Source of the DNA: Acidobacteriota bacterium
GTDB taxonomy: Bacteria; Acidobacteriota; UBA6911
Assembly (NCBI GenBank): GCA_963664705.1
Contig: OY761556.1
Span: forward strand, 6,144,001-6,208,000
Length of the DNA stretch: 64,000 nucleotides
Direction: 5' to 3'
Positions 1 through 9,578 of the stretch are shown piece by piece (the first letter of the stretch is position 1; each line of letters opens with the position of its first letter). The position numbers and the translations under genes are program-made. Below the pieces are notes generated by a model. The model was not told the DNA's origin. It searched no databases and worked only from the letters and a program-made list of their open reading frames with translations.

Positions 1-891
1 TTGAAACTGGCGTAAAACGATGTCCAGGCGTGCCGTATCCGGCACAAAATGGATGGGGCGTAAAAGAACCTGCAGGTTGATGGATTCCAGCCTGGAGGTG
101 TGCTGCAGCAGGTCCTTGACATTGAGTATGCCGACCGGATTGTCGAAGTTGCCGCGATAGATCGGAATGCGTGAGTAATTGGTCTTATTGATGACCTCCA
201 GGATCTTCGACATCGGATCGCTGATTTCGGCCGCAGTCACCTCGATTCGGGGGATCATAATCTCACGGATCTGAGTTGCGCCGATTTCGAAAATATTGTG
301 GAGCATTTCCTTTTTTTCGCCCGTGACGCTTTCCTCGCTGGATGCCGCAATCATGGCCTTAATCTCTTCTTCGCTCATGGAATGGGCAAATGGACTGCTG
401 GTGGATTTCAGCCCGACGATCCGGACCAGCCCGTTGGATATCCATGCCGCCAGGGAGGCAAACGGAGATAGAACGGCAATACACACCCGGACAGGGAGAA
501 GCAGCACCCGCGCGGTTTGTTCCGGGCGCCCGGCCGCGATGATCTTGGGGCTTAGTTCACAGAAAATCAGGATAACCAGGGACAGCAGAATGGATCCGAT
601 GAGACCCGCAGTCTGGGCGTGCCTTTCCCCGACATGGGAGGTAATGATGTAGGTCAGCAGGCTGGCCGCCGCGATTTCAGCTACCGTAACTCCGAGGAGA
701 ATCACTCCCAATAGACGATCGGGATTGTCGAGGATCTTTTTTATTGCGCCGGCTTTGGCATCTCCGGCATCCGCCTGATATTTCAGACGGATGCGGTTCA
801 CGGCCATGAAAGCCGTCTCGGCTGCGGAGAAGAATACCGAGAGGGCTAAAAAAATAACCAGGAGAATGGTATACAGCAGCAGCGGCGACAA
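1..891 (-). CDS. HlyC/CorC (CNNM + CBS domain) family membrane protein, runs off the window edge
   Basis: Not in the ORF track because it is truncated. Manual translation from TTG at 891 gives MSPLLLYTILLVIFLALSVFFSAAETAFMAVNRIRLKYQA...; SxxETA and FCELSPK motifs of the CNNM domain, and YSRIPIY of the CBS pair. Confidence 0.85.
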   Translation of the reverse strand, partial: MSPLLLYTILLVIFLALSVFFSAAETAFMAVNRIRLKYQADAGDAKAGAIKKILDNPDRLLGVILLGVTVAEIAAASLLTYIITSHVGERHAQTAGLIGSILLSLVILIFCELSPKIIAAGRPEQTARVLLLPVRVCIAVLSPFASLAAWISNGLVRIVGLKSTSSPFAHSMSEEEIKAMIAASSEESVTGEKKEMLHNIFEIGATQIREIMIPRIEVTAAEISDPMSKILEVINKTNYSRIPIYRGNFDNPVGILNVKDLLQHTSRLESINLQVLLRPIHFVPDTARLDIVLRQFQ

Positions 892-893
892 AG

Positions 894-1406
894 TTAGGCA
901 GAGGTTTTCACCGAGCGGGAATAAGCCTCGGAGAGAACACGGTCTATTTGATCCTCAACGGATTTCTCATTAAGTCCACGGACAGTCGCTACTTCACTGA
1001 TAATCAATTGCTTGGCACGATCCAGCATTCTTTTTTCCCGGAAGGAAAGGCTCTTCCGGTAACTCAGGTAGACGAGATTTTTAAGTACTTCAGCCACCTG
1101 GAAAATTGAGCCGGTACGCATCTTTTCCGAATGATCTTTATAGCGGCCTTTCCAGTCCGCTTCCGGTTCGAAGAAATCCTCCTGGAGCAGTTTGAATAGC
1201 CCATCCACATCGGCTTTTTTAATGATCCTGCGCAATCCGACGCTTTTAACATTGGCGGTAGGAACCATTACCAGGGATGCATTGGAATGAATGCGAAGCA
1301 TGTAGAATTCTTCCGGTTGACCATTTACGAATCGGCTGCTAACCTCCTCGATAATGCCCACCCCATGGTTGGGATAGACTACTTTTTCACCTATACGAAA
1401 ATCCAT
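894..1406 (-). CDS. carD: CarD family RNA polymerase-binding transcription factor
   Basis: N-terminal GEKVVYPNHGVGII and conserved Trp in DWKGRYK; 170 aa; GGAGG RBS. Confidence 0.93.
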   Translation of the reverse strand: MDFRIGEKVVYPNHGVGIIEEVSSRFVNGQPEEFYMLRIHSNASLVMVPTANVKSVGLRRIIKKADVDGLFKLLQEDFFEPEADWKGRYKDHSEKMRTGSIFQVAEVLKNLVYLSYRKSLSFREKRMLDRAKQLIISEVATVRGLNEKSVEDQIDRVLSEAYSRSVKTSA

Positions 1407-1426
1407 AAAACCTCCGGGAACTTTCC

Positions 1427-1455
1427 ATTATATCAGAAAACTGTATTTTGAGCAA
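1427..1455 (-). promoter_or_regulatory. sigma70-type promoter for carD
   Basis: Minus strand TTGCTC (1455-1450), 17-bp spacer, TATAAT (1432-1427), just upstream of the carD RBS. Confidence 0.65.
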
Positions 1456-1482
1456 AGTTGGCCCGGGAAGTGCAGGCTTTGA

Positions 1483-1511
1483 TTGACTCCTGAGGAGATA
1501 TTCGATAGTAT
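1483..1511 (+). promoter_or_regulatory. sigma70-type promoter for tRNA-Leu
   Basis: TTGACT (1483-1488), 17 bp, TAGTAT (1506-1511), then a GC-rich discriminator typical of stable-RNA promoters. Confidence 0.7.
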
Positions 1512-1523
1512 TTCCGCCCGCAT

Positions 1524-1608
1524 GCCGAAGTGGCGGAATTGGCAGACGCACGGGACTCAAAATCCCGCGATCCTTGCGGTCATGAGGGTTCAAGTCCCTC
1601 CTTCGGCA
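1524..1608 (+). tRNA. tRNA-Leu (anticodon CAA), CCA not encoded
   Basis: Acceptor stem GCCGAAG/CTTCGGC, D-loop GGAATTGGCAGAC, anticodon arm CGGGA-CTCAAAA-TCCCG, long variable arm, T-arm GAGGGTTCAAGTCCCTC. Confidence 0.97.
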
Positions 1609-1871
1609 CTCTCTTCTTAACAGCATAAAGTAATTCTTGGTAGTCGATTCCCGATCAATTGCGTTCTTGTAGTTGTTGGCGCTGCTTCCCAAAAGGAGAC
1701 GACGGATAATATTGGGTTTATCAGTGTTGATCGGTTTCGGCCAGTGAGCAGGCCTCTTATCCGGACGCAAGCGATGAGCGATTCAAAAATTACCTTTGGC
1801 TATGCGGCAATAGAATCGGTCAAACTTCTTAGCAATCCTGTTGATTCTTCGTCCCGAGTGCCGGGGCTTGC

Positions 1872-2840
1872 ATGAATGGGAGGGAGAGTTGGATGCATCC
1901 TACTGTAGCCATAGTAATGCCTTGCTACAATGAATCGGAAATTCTACCACTGACCATGAAGGCTGTTTCCGATCTTCTGGCCGGATTGGTTCGTGCCGGT
2001 AAAATCAGCGAAAATAGCTTCATACTGGGAGTAGACGACGGAAGCAGGGATAGGACCTGGAACATAATCGCTGAGCTTCATGCGAAGATGCCAAGCCAAA
2101 TTAAGGGGATTAAGCTGTCAGGGAATGTCGGCCACCAGAAGGCTTTGCTGGCCGGCCTGCATTATGTTCGGGGCAAGGCCGACTGTGCTGTCTCTATTGA
2201 TGCGGACTTGCAGGATGATATTGGTGCAATAGAGCACATGATCAATGCTTTCCAGGAAGGTGCTGAAGTAGTCTATGGTGTCCGGCGGCATCGGGATAGC
2301 GATACACGCTACAAGAGATGGACCGCGATCGGTTTTTATAGGGTCGTTCGCAGGCTTGGTGTGGCCGTTGTGGAAAACCATGCCGATTTTCGATTGCTGA
2401 GTTCTAAGGTGCTCGAATGTCTGCATGCATTTCCGGAAACAAATGTGTTTTTGCGCGGACTTATTCCTCTGATCGGATTCAAAACCGCGGAGGTTTTATA
2501 TGACAGGCATTCGCGGGTGGCTGGTCAGTCCAAGTATCCGCTTAAGAAAATGCTCTCGCTTGCATGGGATGGAATTACTTCGTTCAGCCCCGCCCCGCTT
2601 CGAATGATCTCTCTGGTTGGCGCAGGCCTGTTCGTACTTGCAGTTATCGCCTCGCTTTATTCCCTGGTACAGCATCTGGCCGGCCACACGATTGTCGGTT
2701 GGACCTCGGTCGTTATTTCCATATACATGTTGGGAGGAATCCAGCTCTTGGCGATCGGTGCCATAGGAGAGTATCTGTCAAAAATCTACATCGAGGTGAA
2801 GCATCGACCGCAATATTTTGTTGAATGTGAACTGCCGTGA
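1872..2840 (+). CDS. GT2 polyprenol-phosphate glycosyltransferase (GtrB/DPM1-like)
   Basis: VMPCYNE, VDDGSRD, IDADLQD, ADFRLL and RVAGQSKY motifs; two C-terminal TM helices. The start may be the ATG at 1893. Confidence 0.92.
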   Translation: MNGRESWMHPTVAIVMPCYNESEILPLTMKAVSDLLAGLVRAGKISENSFILGVDDGSRDRTWNIIAELHAKMPSQIKGIKLSGNVGHQKALLAGLHYVRGKADCAVSIDADLQDDIGAIEHMINAFQEGAEVVYGVRRHRDSDTRYKRWTAIGFYRVVRRLGVAVVENHADFRLLSSKVLECLHAFPETNVFLRGLIPLIGFKTAEVLYDRHSRVAGQSKYPLKKMLSLAWDGITSFSPAPLRMISLVGAGLFVLAVIASLYSLVQHLAGHTIVGWTSVVISIYMLGGIQLLAIGAIGEYLSKIYIEVKHRPQYFVECELP

Positions 2841-3508
2841 GCCAAATCGATTTCGACGACTATGCGGATGACTACGAACATCTGGTGGACAAACAGACTT
2901 CCTTTTTTGATGACGGCGATTATTTTGCCGAGTACAAGGTGTTGCTGGCTCGCGAAATCTCAAAGTTGAGCAGCGGCAATATAATGGATTTTGGTTGTGG
3001 AATCGGGCAGAGCATACCATTTTTTCAAAGGCACTTTCCCGGTTCCAGGATTACAGGGTGCGATGTTTCCAGGAGGAGTCTGCAGCGGGCAAGCGAAAAG
3101 TATTCTTATGCTGAATTCGTACAGCCCAACGATCTGTCAGCCGATTCCGTTTTCGATCTTATCTTTGCCTCGGGTGTTTTTCATCATATTCCACCATCTG
3201 ATCGTATAGCCGCGCTGAGATTTTGCTATAGGCATCTGACTGACGGCGGAATTCTCATCGTTTTTGAGCACAATCCCTACAATCCCATTACCCGCGGACT
3301 GGTCGCCACCTGTCCCTTTGACAAAGATGCCGCGCTTCTGTCCCGGAAGGAACTGCGAGCCATTTTTGCAGAGGCCGGATTGAAACGGATGCAATCGGGA
3401 TATACCTTGTTTTTCCCTTCCCCTCTTCGAGCCATGCGCAGCCTGGAGAGATATTTGCGCTTCCTGCCGTTCGGCGGACAGTATTATGTTGCAGGAGAGC
3501 GGCATTGA
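2837..3508 (+). CDS. Class I SAM-dependent methyltransferase
   Basis: MDFGCGIG motif I, VFHHIP, FEHNPYNP; 4-bp overlap with the gtrB-like gene. Confidence 0.88.
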   Translation: MSQIDFDDYADDYEHLVDKQTSFFDDGDYFAEYKVLLAREISKLSSGNIMDFGCGIGQSIPFFQRHFPGSRITGCDVSRRSLQRASEKYSYAEFVQPNDLSADSVFDLIFASGVFHHIPPSDRIAALRFCYRHLTDGGILIVFEHNPYNPITRGLVATCPFDKDAALLSRKELRAIFAEAGLKRMQSGYTLFFPSPLRAMRSLERYLRFLPFGGQYYVAGERH

Positions 3509-3565
3509 GCAGCGAATCCTTTCGTAACCCTTGGTTGGCGGCAGAGTTATTCTGTTGGAGGTTCG

Positions 3566-4975
3566 ATGAGTCGTTCTGTTAGAACCAGCAAGTGGATCCT
3601 TTTGTTTGCAGTCGTCGCTCTTTTTGCAGGAGCCTGGAATTTTTTTGAAAGGTGGAATCAGGCGGATTTATTTGCAACCTTCCCGGTCTATCAGCGAGGG
3701 GACACTTGGATACTGGCGGGACAATGTGCCCGTGACACCGGTGTCCTGTTGGCAGGATGCTCTGACAAGAAGAATTTGGTTCCCTTTGAGGATTTATCGA
3801 CGGCTGATGATCCCGGCCATGCTTTGATTCTAGGAATTCTGGGTAAATACTCTCGAGCCCCTATCGATAAGGTAACACTTGTAAAAATTAATTTTGCCAT
3901 CAATGCCCTGGGCACGCTGCTTATCGCCGGATTGCTTTGGTATGGAGACCGAAAAATTGCGGCGTGTTTGTTTATGTTGTGGGCGGCCGGGGTTGTATTT
4001 CTTAATTTCCTGTGCTCGGATGTTACCGGCGCTTTTTGGGGGATTTTCGGACTTGCGCTGGCATTACCCCTTTGGCTGGCAATACATTCCGCAAAGCAAA
4101 GCAGCAATCTTGTTCTCTGGACCGGAATCGCAGTCGGCACATTGTTGATTGGCATCGCAACTGTACTGAGAGAACCGATCGGATTGATAGGATCGCTCAG
4201 TGCGCTTTTGGCGCTCGTTCCCATGATGCGAGGACGATGGGCATCATGCAAGCCCGCGACCAAGCTTTTATATGGGGCATGCGTTCTAATCATGACTGTC
4301 TTACCCTCCGAGGCAACCTCGGGGCTTGTATGGATGAGAAAGGCTGCCTTCGGTGTAGAGCCCGGCAAGCTCATGCATCGGCACGGTTTTTCCCATAATC
4401 TATATCTGGGATTGGGGGCAAAAGACAATCCGTGGGGGATCGTTTGGGATGATGGTAATGCCGAAAGCGCCGTCAAGCGGGCTAATCCCAAGGTGGCCTA
4501 TGTTTCCGAGGAATATTACTCCATTCTGTGGCGCTTATACCTGGACAAAGTGGCCCATTACCCGATCACAGTAATAAGCATCTATGTCCTAAAGACAATC
4601 GACATATTGCAAATGACAATGCCCAGGCAACCGACCATTGGCATTTCTGTGCTTTTGCTTCTGCTGATCCCATGTCTGCGCCTGATTCCCAGGTTCTCAA
4701 AATTTTTCAGCTTTGCCGATGAAGCTTTGCCAATGATTGGTATTTTGGCTTTTGCCGGACTTCTTATTCTGGGACAGGGCGTACTTACGATTCCCTATTA
4801 CAACTATATTTTTCCAGTGGCTATTGTAATTGCTCTGATTGCCGGACTTTTTTTGGATCGCCTGTCGGTTTCGCTCATGATGCCCGCATCGGACGTACCC
4901 GAAAACCGGCCACGCTGGAAGGCGGGCAAGCAAAAACAAAAGTCTTCATCCATAGCAAGTCGTGGTTCAAGGTAG
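3566..4975 (+). CDS. Polytopic membrane protein, possible GT-C glycosyltransferase
   Basis: About 10 hydrophobic segments plus a large loop (HNLYLGLG...WGIVWDD); sits in an operon with the GtrB-like GT; GGAGG RBS. Confidence 0.65.
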   Translation: MSRSVRTSKWILLFAVVALFAGAWNFFERWNQADLFATFPVYQRGDTWILAGQCARDTGVLLAGCSDKKNLVPFEDLSTADDPGHALILGILGKYSRAPIDKVTLVKINFAINALGTLLIAGLLWYGDRKIAACLFMLWAAGVVFLNFLCSDVTGAFWGIFGLALALPLWLAIHSAKQSSNLVLWTGIAVGTLLIGIATVLREPIGLIGSLSALLALVPMMRGRWASCKPATKLLYGACVLIMTVLPSEATSGLVWMRKAAFGVEPGKLMHRHGFSHNLYLGLGAKDNPWGIVWDDGNAESAVKRANPKVAYVSEEYYSILWRLYLDKVAHYPITVISIYVLKTIDILQMTMPRQPTIGISVLLLLLIPCLRLIPRFSKFFSFADEALPMIGILAFAGLLILGQGVLTIPYYNYIFPVAIVIALIAGLFLDRLSVSLMMPASDVPENRPRWKAGKQKQKSSSIASRGSR

Positions 4976-5365
4976 AGGGCCTGAGAAATACCCGCGTGCT
5001 CATTCCCGCAATGCGGATAAATAGCGGATCCAGTCGTGACTCGCTCCGAGAGGAAGCCGGGGGCCACTGGGAGCGCCGCCGTCCAGGCGGTTCTCCCGAC
5101 AGCGGCTTTTTTCTCTCCTTTGTCCATGAATTTTCCTTTCCGTTTTTCCCCAGATACTTTCATATACCGGTTACCGAACAGCGCTAAACCCGACAGCCCA
5201 TTCGCCGATAAGGATTGGGGGAAATATATCCTCCGTTACAATCCGCATATGCTGGTGTCGGTGGTCGAAATGGGTAGTTGATATTATAACGCCTGTAAAA
5301 AGAATGAGTTATATCATTGCGAGATTCTCTCGGTTGTCTTAGTTAGGGCGGTAAGAAGGGTTTTT

Positions 5366-5929
5366 ATGAGTGCACAGGTTTTATTTGTTGACGATGATTC
5401 GATGCTGTTGGACGCAATTTCGCGTTCGCTGCGGCGGGAACCCTATGAGATTCACACGGTTGAATCCGCCGAAGAGGCGCTCCGGTTTCTGCAGGCTCAC
5501 TCGGTTGATGTTGTGGTTGCCGATGAGCAGATGCCGGGAATGCCGGGGACCGAATTTCTTCGGAATGTACGCAGGCGCTACCCGGACACGGTTCGTTTTA
5601 TCCTGACCGGCAAAGCGACCATGGATCTTGTCATCGAAGCCGTCAACAATGGTGGCATCAGTCGATTCTTTCGCAAACCGTGCGATTCAGTCGAGCTTTC
5701 CATTGCAATCCGTCAGGGGTTGCAGCAGAGAGAACTCATGGGCGCCGCGCGCCGACTTTTGAGCAGAGTCAAGATGCAGGAACTGCAACTCAAAAAGCTG
5801 GAACGTCTGCATCCAAATATTGCCCGGGTCGATTGGGGTGAGGATGGCTCCATCGAGCTTCCCGATTGGGATGGCGATCCCAATTCCCTGATGAGGGAGA
5901 TTTGCGATCATCTCGAGAAGGAAAAATAG
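5366..5929 (+). CDS. Response regulator (receiver domain with short C-terminal extension)
   Basis: VLFVDDD, ADEQMPGM, ILTG and FRKP receiver motifs. Confidence 0.9.
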   Translation: MSAQVLFVDDDSMLLDAISRSLRREPYEIHTVESAEEALRFLQAHSVDVVVADEQMPGMPGTEFLRNVRRRYPDTVRFILTGKATMDLVIEAVNNGGISRFFRKPCDSVELSIAIRQGLQQRELMGAARRLLSRVKMQELQLKKLERLHPNIARVDWGEDGSIELPDWDGDPNSLMREICDHLEKEK

Positions 5930-5933
5930 GGCA

Positions 5934-6896
5934 ATGGCTGAGATTCAGGCAAATGTTCTGATTGTCGATGATGACGTTAACGTGCTCAATGCCGCAAAAA
6001 GGATGTTTCACGGAGACGCGGATATTTCCATCCTTACCGCGTCTGAGGTCCGGGATGCCATGCAAATGCTGCGGGGAGGGAATATTCCCGTAATTGTTTC
6101 CGATCATCACATGCCGGGTATGTCGGGCGTGGAGTTCCTGGAGTGGTCCAAAACCGTAGCACGCGACAGCATGCGTATCCTGTTGACTGGAGACAACGAT
6201 TTCGGGATTGCGCTGAATTCCATTAACAGGTGCGAAGTATTCCGATTTATTACCAAGCCCTGGAACCCCCTCGAATTCAAGGCAACAATCCGCGATGCCC
6301 TGCAAAGATATCGCATGGTGACTTGCCTGAGATCCGGCGATGAGGCCAAGCTCCTTTCCCTGGTTCGAACCATCGAACTCAAGGATCTCTATACAAAGGG
6401 GCACTCTGAGAGAGTGGCGCAATATGCCTCTCTGCTCATGGATGGGCTGGATACCTCCGATGAAGAGCGCAGGGAAATACGCTACGGTTGCCTCCTGCAT
6501 GATTGCGGCAAGATCGGGATCCCGGAATCGATTTTGAATAAGCCGGGAAGCCTGGACTCTGAACAGAACGAGCTTATGAGAAATCATCCGCGTTGGGGGA
6601 GTGAAGTGGCAGTGGCGGCAGGCTTGAGCCAGAGGATTGTGCACATGGTGCTGCACCATCATGAAAGATATGACGGAAGAGGGTATCCTGAAGGACTCTC
6701 AGGCCATCGCATACCACGAGAAGCACGCATCGTTGCCATCGCTGATTTTTATGACGCCCTGGCTTCCGATCGTCCCTACCGCAAGGCGCTGAAACCTTCA
6801 GACGCGATCCAGTTGATGCGGAAAGAAAGAGAAGCCGCTTTTGATCCACAATTGGTGGATTTGTTTATTGACGGCATGGATCAGATAACGGAGTAA
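5934..6896 (+). CDS. Response regulator with HD-GYP c-di-GMP phosphodiesterase domain
   Basis: REC domain followed by GHSERV, LHDCGK, HHERYDGRGYP and DRPYR. Confidence 0.93.
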   Translation: MAEIQANVLIVDDDVNVLNAAKRMFHGDADISILTASEVRDAMQMLRGGNIPVIVSDHHMPGMSGVEFLEWSKTVARDSMRILLTGDNDFGIALNSINRCEVFRFITKPWNPLEFKATIRDALQRYRMVTCLRSGDEAKLLSLVRTIELKDLYTKGHSERVAQYASLLMDGLDTSDEERREIRYGCLLHDCGKIGIPESILNKPGSLDSEQNELMRNHPRWGSEVAVAAGLSQRIVHMVLHHHERYDGRGYPEGLSGHRIPREARIVAIADFYDALASDRPYRKALKPSDAIQLMRKEREAAFDPQLVDLFIDGMDQITE

Positions 6897-6944
6897 CCGG
6901 GATGGCAGGCTCCCGGTCTGAAGTCCAGCAAATATACCCCGCCC

Positions 6945-8063
6945 CTAAAAGAAGAGCCTTAGCGTCTCGATTTTCCGATCGATGTAATCCCGCACCTGCT
7001 GCAACTGCGCGTTGAACCGGCTTTTCGCAAACCTTGTATCAAGAGCGATGAGCATGATTCTTTCACGCAGCGGAATCTCGGTTGAGAGCAGGTCCATGGA
7101 ATTCATGCAGTCGATTTCATCGCCCGCAGATGACTGTCTCTGCGGCCACCCATCATAAAGGTCATTCGTAAACGCAACGACCTGCTGCAATGTCAGCGCT
7201 TCGAGGAGCCCTCCGGCATCGAGTCTTTGAAGTATGGGATCATAGCTGCGCAGATAATAGACAAGCACGGAGGTTGCATGTCGGCTGTACTGATACCAGG
7301 ACATACCTCCGACGGCTCTGTCGAAAATGCTCATGGCGGACCGGCTGAGGAAGGGGAATTCCTTGCTCGCCTCACAGCCGGCACTGTCGCAGCAGCCGGT
7401 ATGCTGAAAAAAACCTACCTGGTCGCGCCCGTCGTACCCGCAGGACGTTTCTGCCAGAGGATGGGCCATGCAACCAACCCTTCCTTTTCTATCGACAAAT
7501 CCCAGTAACTGGCACTCAGGCAACTCGCCCTTCTGATAATGCTTCTTTTTTGCAATGCATCCGCCCAGAAACAAAGATGCCAGCCCGGTGTTGACCTCAA
7601 AGACATACCGGTAGCCCTCATGCTTCTGTATGGCTTCCATGTACAACGGCAGAGAACGCCTTGGCCGTTCACTGTCATACAGCGTGAGAAAGAGTCTTCT
7701 TCTTTCGGAAAAGCGCCTTTCCATTTCTTCTTTCCCGACATCCGGGAAGGAATCCTCGTATTTCGATGCTTCTATTCTGGGGTCCTGCAGAGGGTTGAAA
7801 TTCTTAAACTTCATCAGCAGGTTGCCCGGGCCTAGATATCGGCCAGAATACCGGACGTCGTAGGCTTGTCTGCTCTTTTCATACAATGCAGCTCGCTCTT
7901 CCTTCGTGTCCTCCAGGTGCGAATCGCCCCCTATATGGGGCAGGCAACAGCGAACACACGAAACACTGCTGTGCTGGCACAGACTCACATCCAGCGACTC
8001 GCCCGAGCGCATAATGGACTGTTCTGCAAATATTCTGTCTGCCTGCTCCGCTGTGTCGTGCAT
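6945..8063 (-). CDS. Cys-rich hypothetical protein (possible Fe-S or Zn binder)
   Basis: 372-aa ORF with CQHSSVSCVRCC, CQLLGFVD..GCMAHP and CCDSAGC clusters. Confidence 0.7.
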   Translation of the reverse strand: MHDTAEQADRIFAEQSIMRSGESLDVSLCQHSSVSCVRCCLPHIGGDSHLEDTKEERAALYEKSRQAYDVRYSGRYLGPGNLLMKFKNFNPLQDPRIEASKYEDSFPDVGKEEMERRFSERRRLFLTLYDSERPRRSLPLYMEAIQKHEGYRYVFEVNTGLASLFLGGCIAKKKHYQKGELPECQLLGFVDRKGRVGCMAHPLAETSCGYDGRDQVGFFQHTGCCDSAGCEASKEFPFLSRSAMSIFDRAVGGMSWYQYSRHATSVLVYYLRSYDPILQRLDAGGLLEALTLQQVVAFTNDLYDGWPQRQSSAGDEIDCMNSMDLLSTEIPLRERIMLIALDTRFAKSRFNAQLQQVRDYIDRKIETLRLFF

Positions 8064-8230
8064 GATTGTAATAAGGAAAATACCTTTCTTCCGGGAAAGA
8101 AAATACTAGCAGGAAAGAGAGGGGCTCGACATTACTAATGCAATGCCGAGCCTTAATTATTCGAGTGTTGTATGAGTGAATACATATTAGGACTACTTAT
8201 CTCGGAAGTCAAATGTTTTTGCATAGCTAA

Positions 8231-8246
8231 TGTGAAATTTGTCACA
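8231..8246. promoter_or_regulatory. CRP/FNR- or Rex-like palindromic operator
   Basis: TGTGA-AATTTG-TCACA, an exact TGTGA-N6-TCACA, in an AT-rich intergenic region about 170 bp upstream of the 8063 start. Confidence 0.5.
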
Positions 8247-8354
8247 AGGAATATATATTCGAGACGGCAGGGAATGGTGAATAGGAGGCAGGAGGCTGCC
8301 GATATTGCTACCTTGGCCGAACGAGGGCCGACAGAATTCCTAACATCCTGTCTT

Positions 8355-9578
8355 CTACAACGTGGTGAAGGAACCGTCCGGGCGGACATAGCCGCTGAGG
8401 TCCCGAGGCTCGGAAATATCATCAATGAGATTTGCCTTATCCGCATTGAAAACAATCCCCAGCCCCGGCCGGTCGTTCGGGTAGATCTTTCCATCCTTGA
8501 AATCGAATGCTTCCTTCAGATATGACGGCAAAGCCGTTGTCAGGACTTCATTGATGACCGGGCCCGGATATGCAGTGACTGCATGAGCCACGGCAGCCGT
8601 TGAGATTGGCGCCGTAAAATGTGGCGCCAATCCAATGTAGTGTGTTTCGCATATCGCCGCGATTTTCCGATATTCCGTGATGCCGCCGACATTTGGAATA
8701 GCCCCCCGGATGTAATCCACAAGCCCCTGTTCCGCAAGGGGCTGTGTGCCATCCCATTTGTCGCCGAATTGCTCGCCGGCGGCCAGCGGAACATTCACCT
8801 GTTTTCTGAGGAGGCTGAACTGGGAAGCATCCGTGATGGCGCGAATCGGGTCTTCGACAAAGAAGGGGTTGAGCGGTTCTATGAGCTTGCACAAACGTAC
8901 TGCGTCGGCCATGTCAAATCGCGTATGCGCATCCAGGATCCAGTCTCCGTCGCGTCCCACTCCTTCGCGCAGCTCCGCGCAGACGGCGGCCGTCAGGTCC
9001 ACGGCTTTTCGGCTGTTGAAGACTCCCTTTTCGGGTTCAATGCCGTGGAAGCGAATGGCACGAAATCCCTGGTCCATCACCTTGCGAGCTTCTTCTCGGG
9101 CGGCTTTCAGATCCAGCGTGCCGCGCGATTGATAACACTCAATATAATTCCGCGCCCGGCCGCCGAGCAGTTGGTAGACCGGGGCATTCAGCGCCTTTCC
9201 CTTCAGATCCCACAGGGCACAGTCCAGCGCACCCAAGGCATGGATCTTTTCACGTCCGGGTGGATAGAAGGTTCCCCTGTACATGCGTTGCCAGAGATAT
9301 TCGATCCGAAACGGATCCTGGCCGATGATGGCGCCCGCGCAATCCTCAATCATATCTTTTGTGCCGCCCTGGCCGATACCGATCAGTCCCGAATCCGTTT
9401 CGATCGTCACGACAATTGCGCTGTGATTCAACCATCCGCTCGTTCCTGAAGTCCCGGTCGGGTTGTAAACCTTCACTCTCTTGATCTTCATTCCTGACGG
9501 TCCGGATTTCGCCGTGGTCCCGAGTGCGGCGAGGCTGGATGCTATGACTGCCGATTGCAGAAATCTGCGTCGATCCAT
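8355..9578 (-). CDS. Mandelate racemase/enolase-superfamily acid-sugar dehydratase-like protein with Tat-like signal
   Basis: ALDCALWDLKGKALNAPVYQLLGG; metal ligands in LDAH, VEDP and GEQ; start MDRRRFLQ at 9578 with AGGAG RBS. Confidence 0.88.
   Translation of the reverse strand: MDRRRFLQSAVIASSLAALGTTAKSGPSGMKIKRVKVYNPTGTSGTSGWLNHSAIVVTIETDSGLIGIGQGGTKDMIEDCAGAIIGQDPFRIEYLWQRMYRGTFYPPGREKIHALGALDCALWDLKGKALNAPVYQLLGGRARNYIECYQSRGTLDLKAAREEARKVMDQGFRAIRFHGIEPEKGVFNSRKAVDLTAAVCAELREGVGRDGDWILDAHTRFDMADAVRLCKLIEPLNPFFVEDPIRAITDASQFSLLRKQVNVPLAAGEQFGDKWDGTQPLAEQGLVDYIRGAIPNVGGITEYRKIAAICETHYIGLAPHFTAPISTAAVAHAVTAYPGPVINEVLTTALPSYLKEAFDFKDGKIYPNDRPGLGIVFNADKANLIDDISEPRDLSGYVRPDGSFTTL

Noticed and set aside
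1387-1770. 127-aa minus-strand ORF
   Set aside because: It is the antisense shadow of tRNA-Leu (RRRDLNP...LSPVRLPIPPLR is a typical tRNA antisense translation).
3506-3565. The methyltransferase TGA is in frame with the downstream membrane protein, with no stop in between (possible second recoding)
   Set aside because: No Cys-like motif context and no evident hairpin. The downstream gene has its own GGAGG RBS and the MTase ends at a natural-looking C-terminus.
4804-5281. Small ORFs between the membrane protein and the response regulator
   Set aside because: No recognisable motifs; they overlap other genes and a GGGAGCGCCGCC palindrome.
1580-5365. Prophage or integrative element at tRNA-Leu
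   Set aside because: No integrase, phage genes or duplicated tRNA 3' end was seen.
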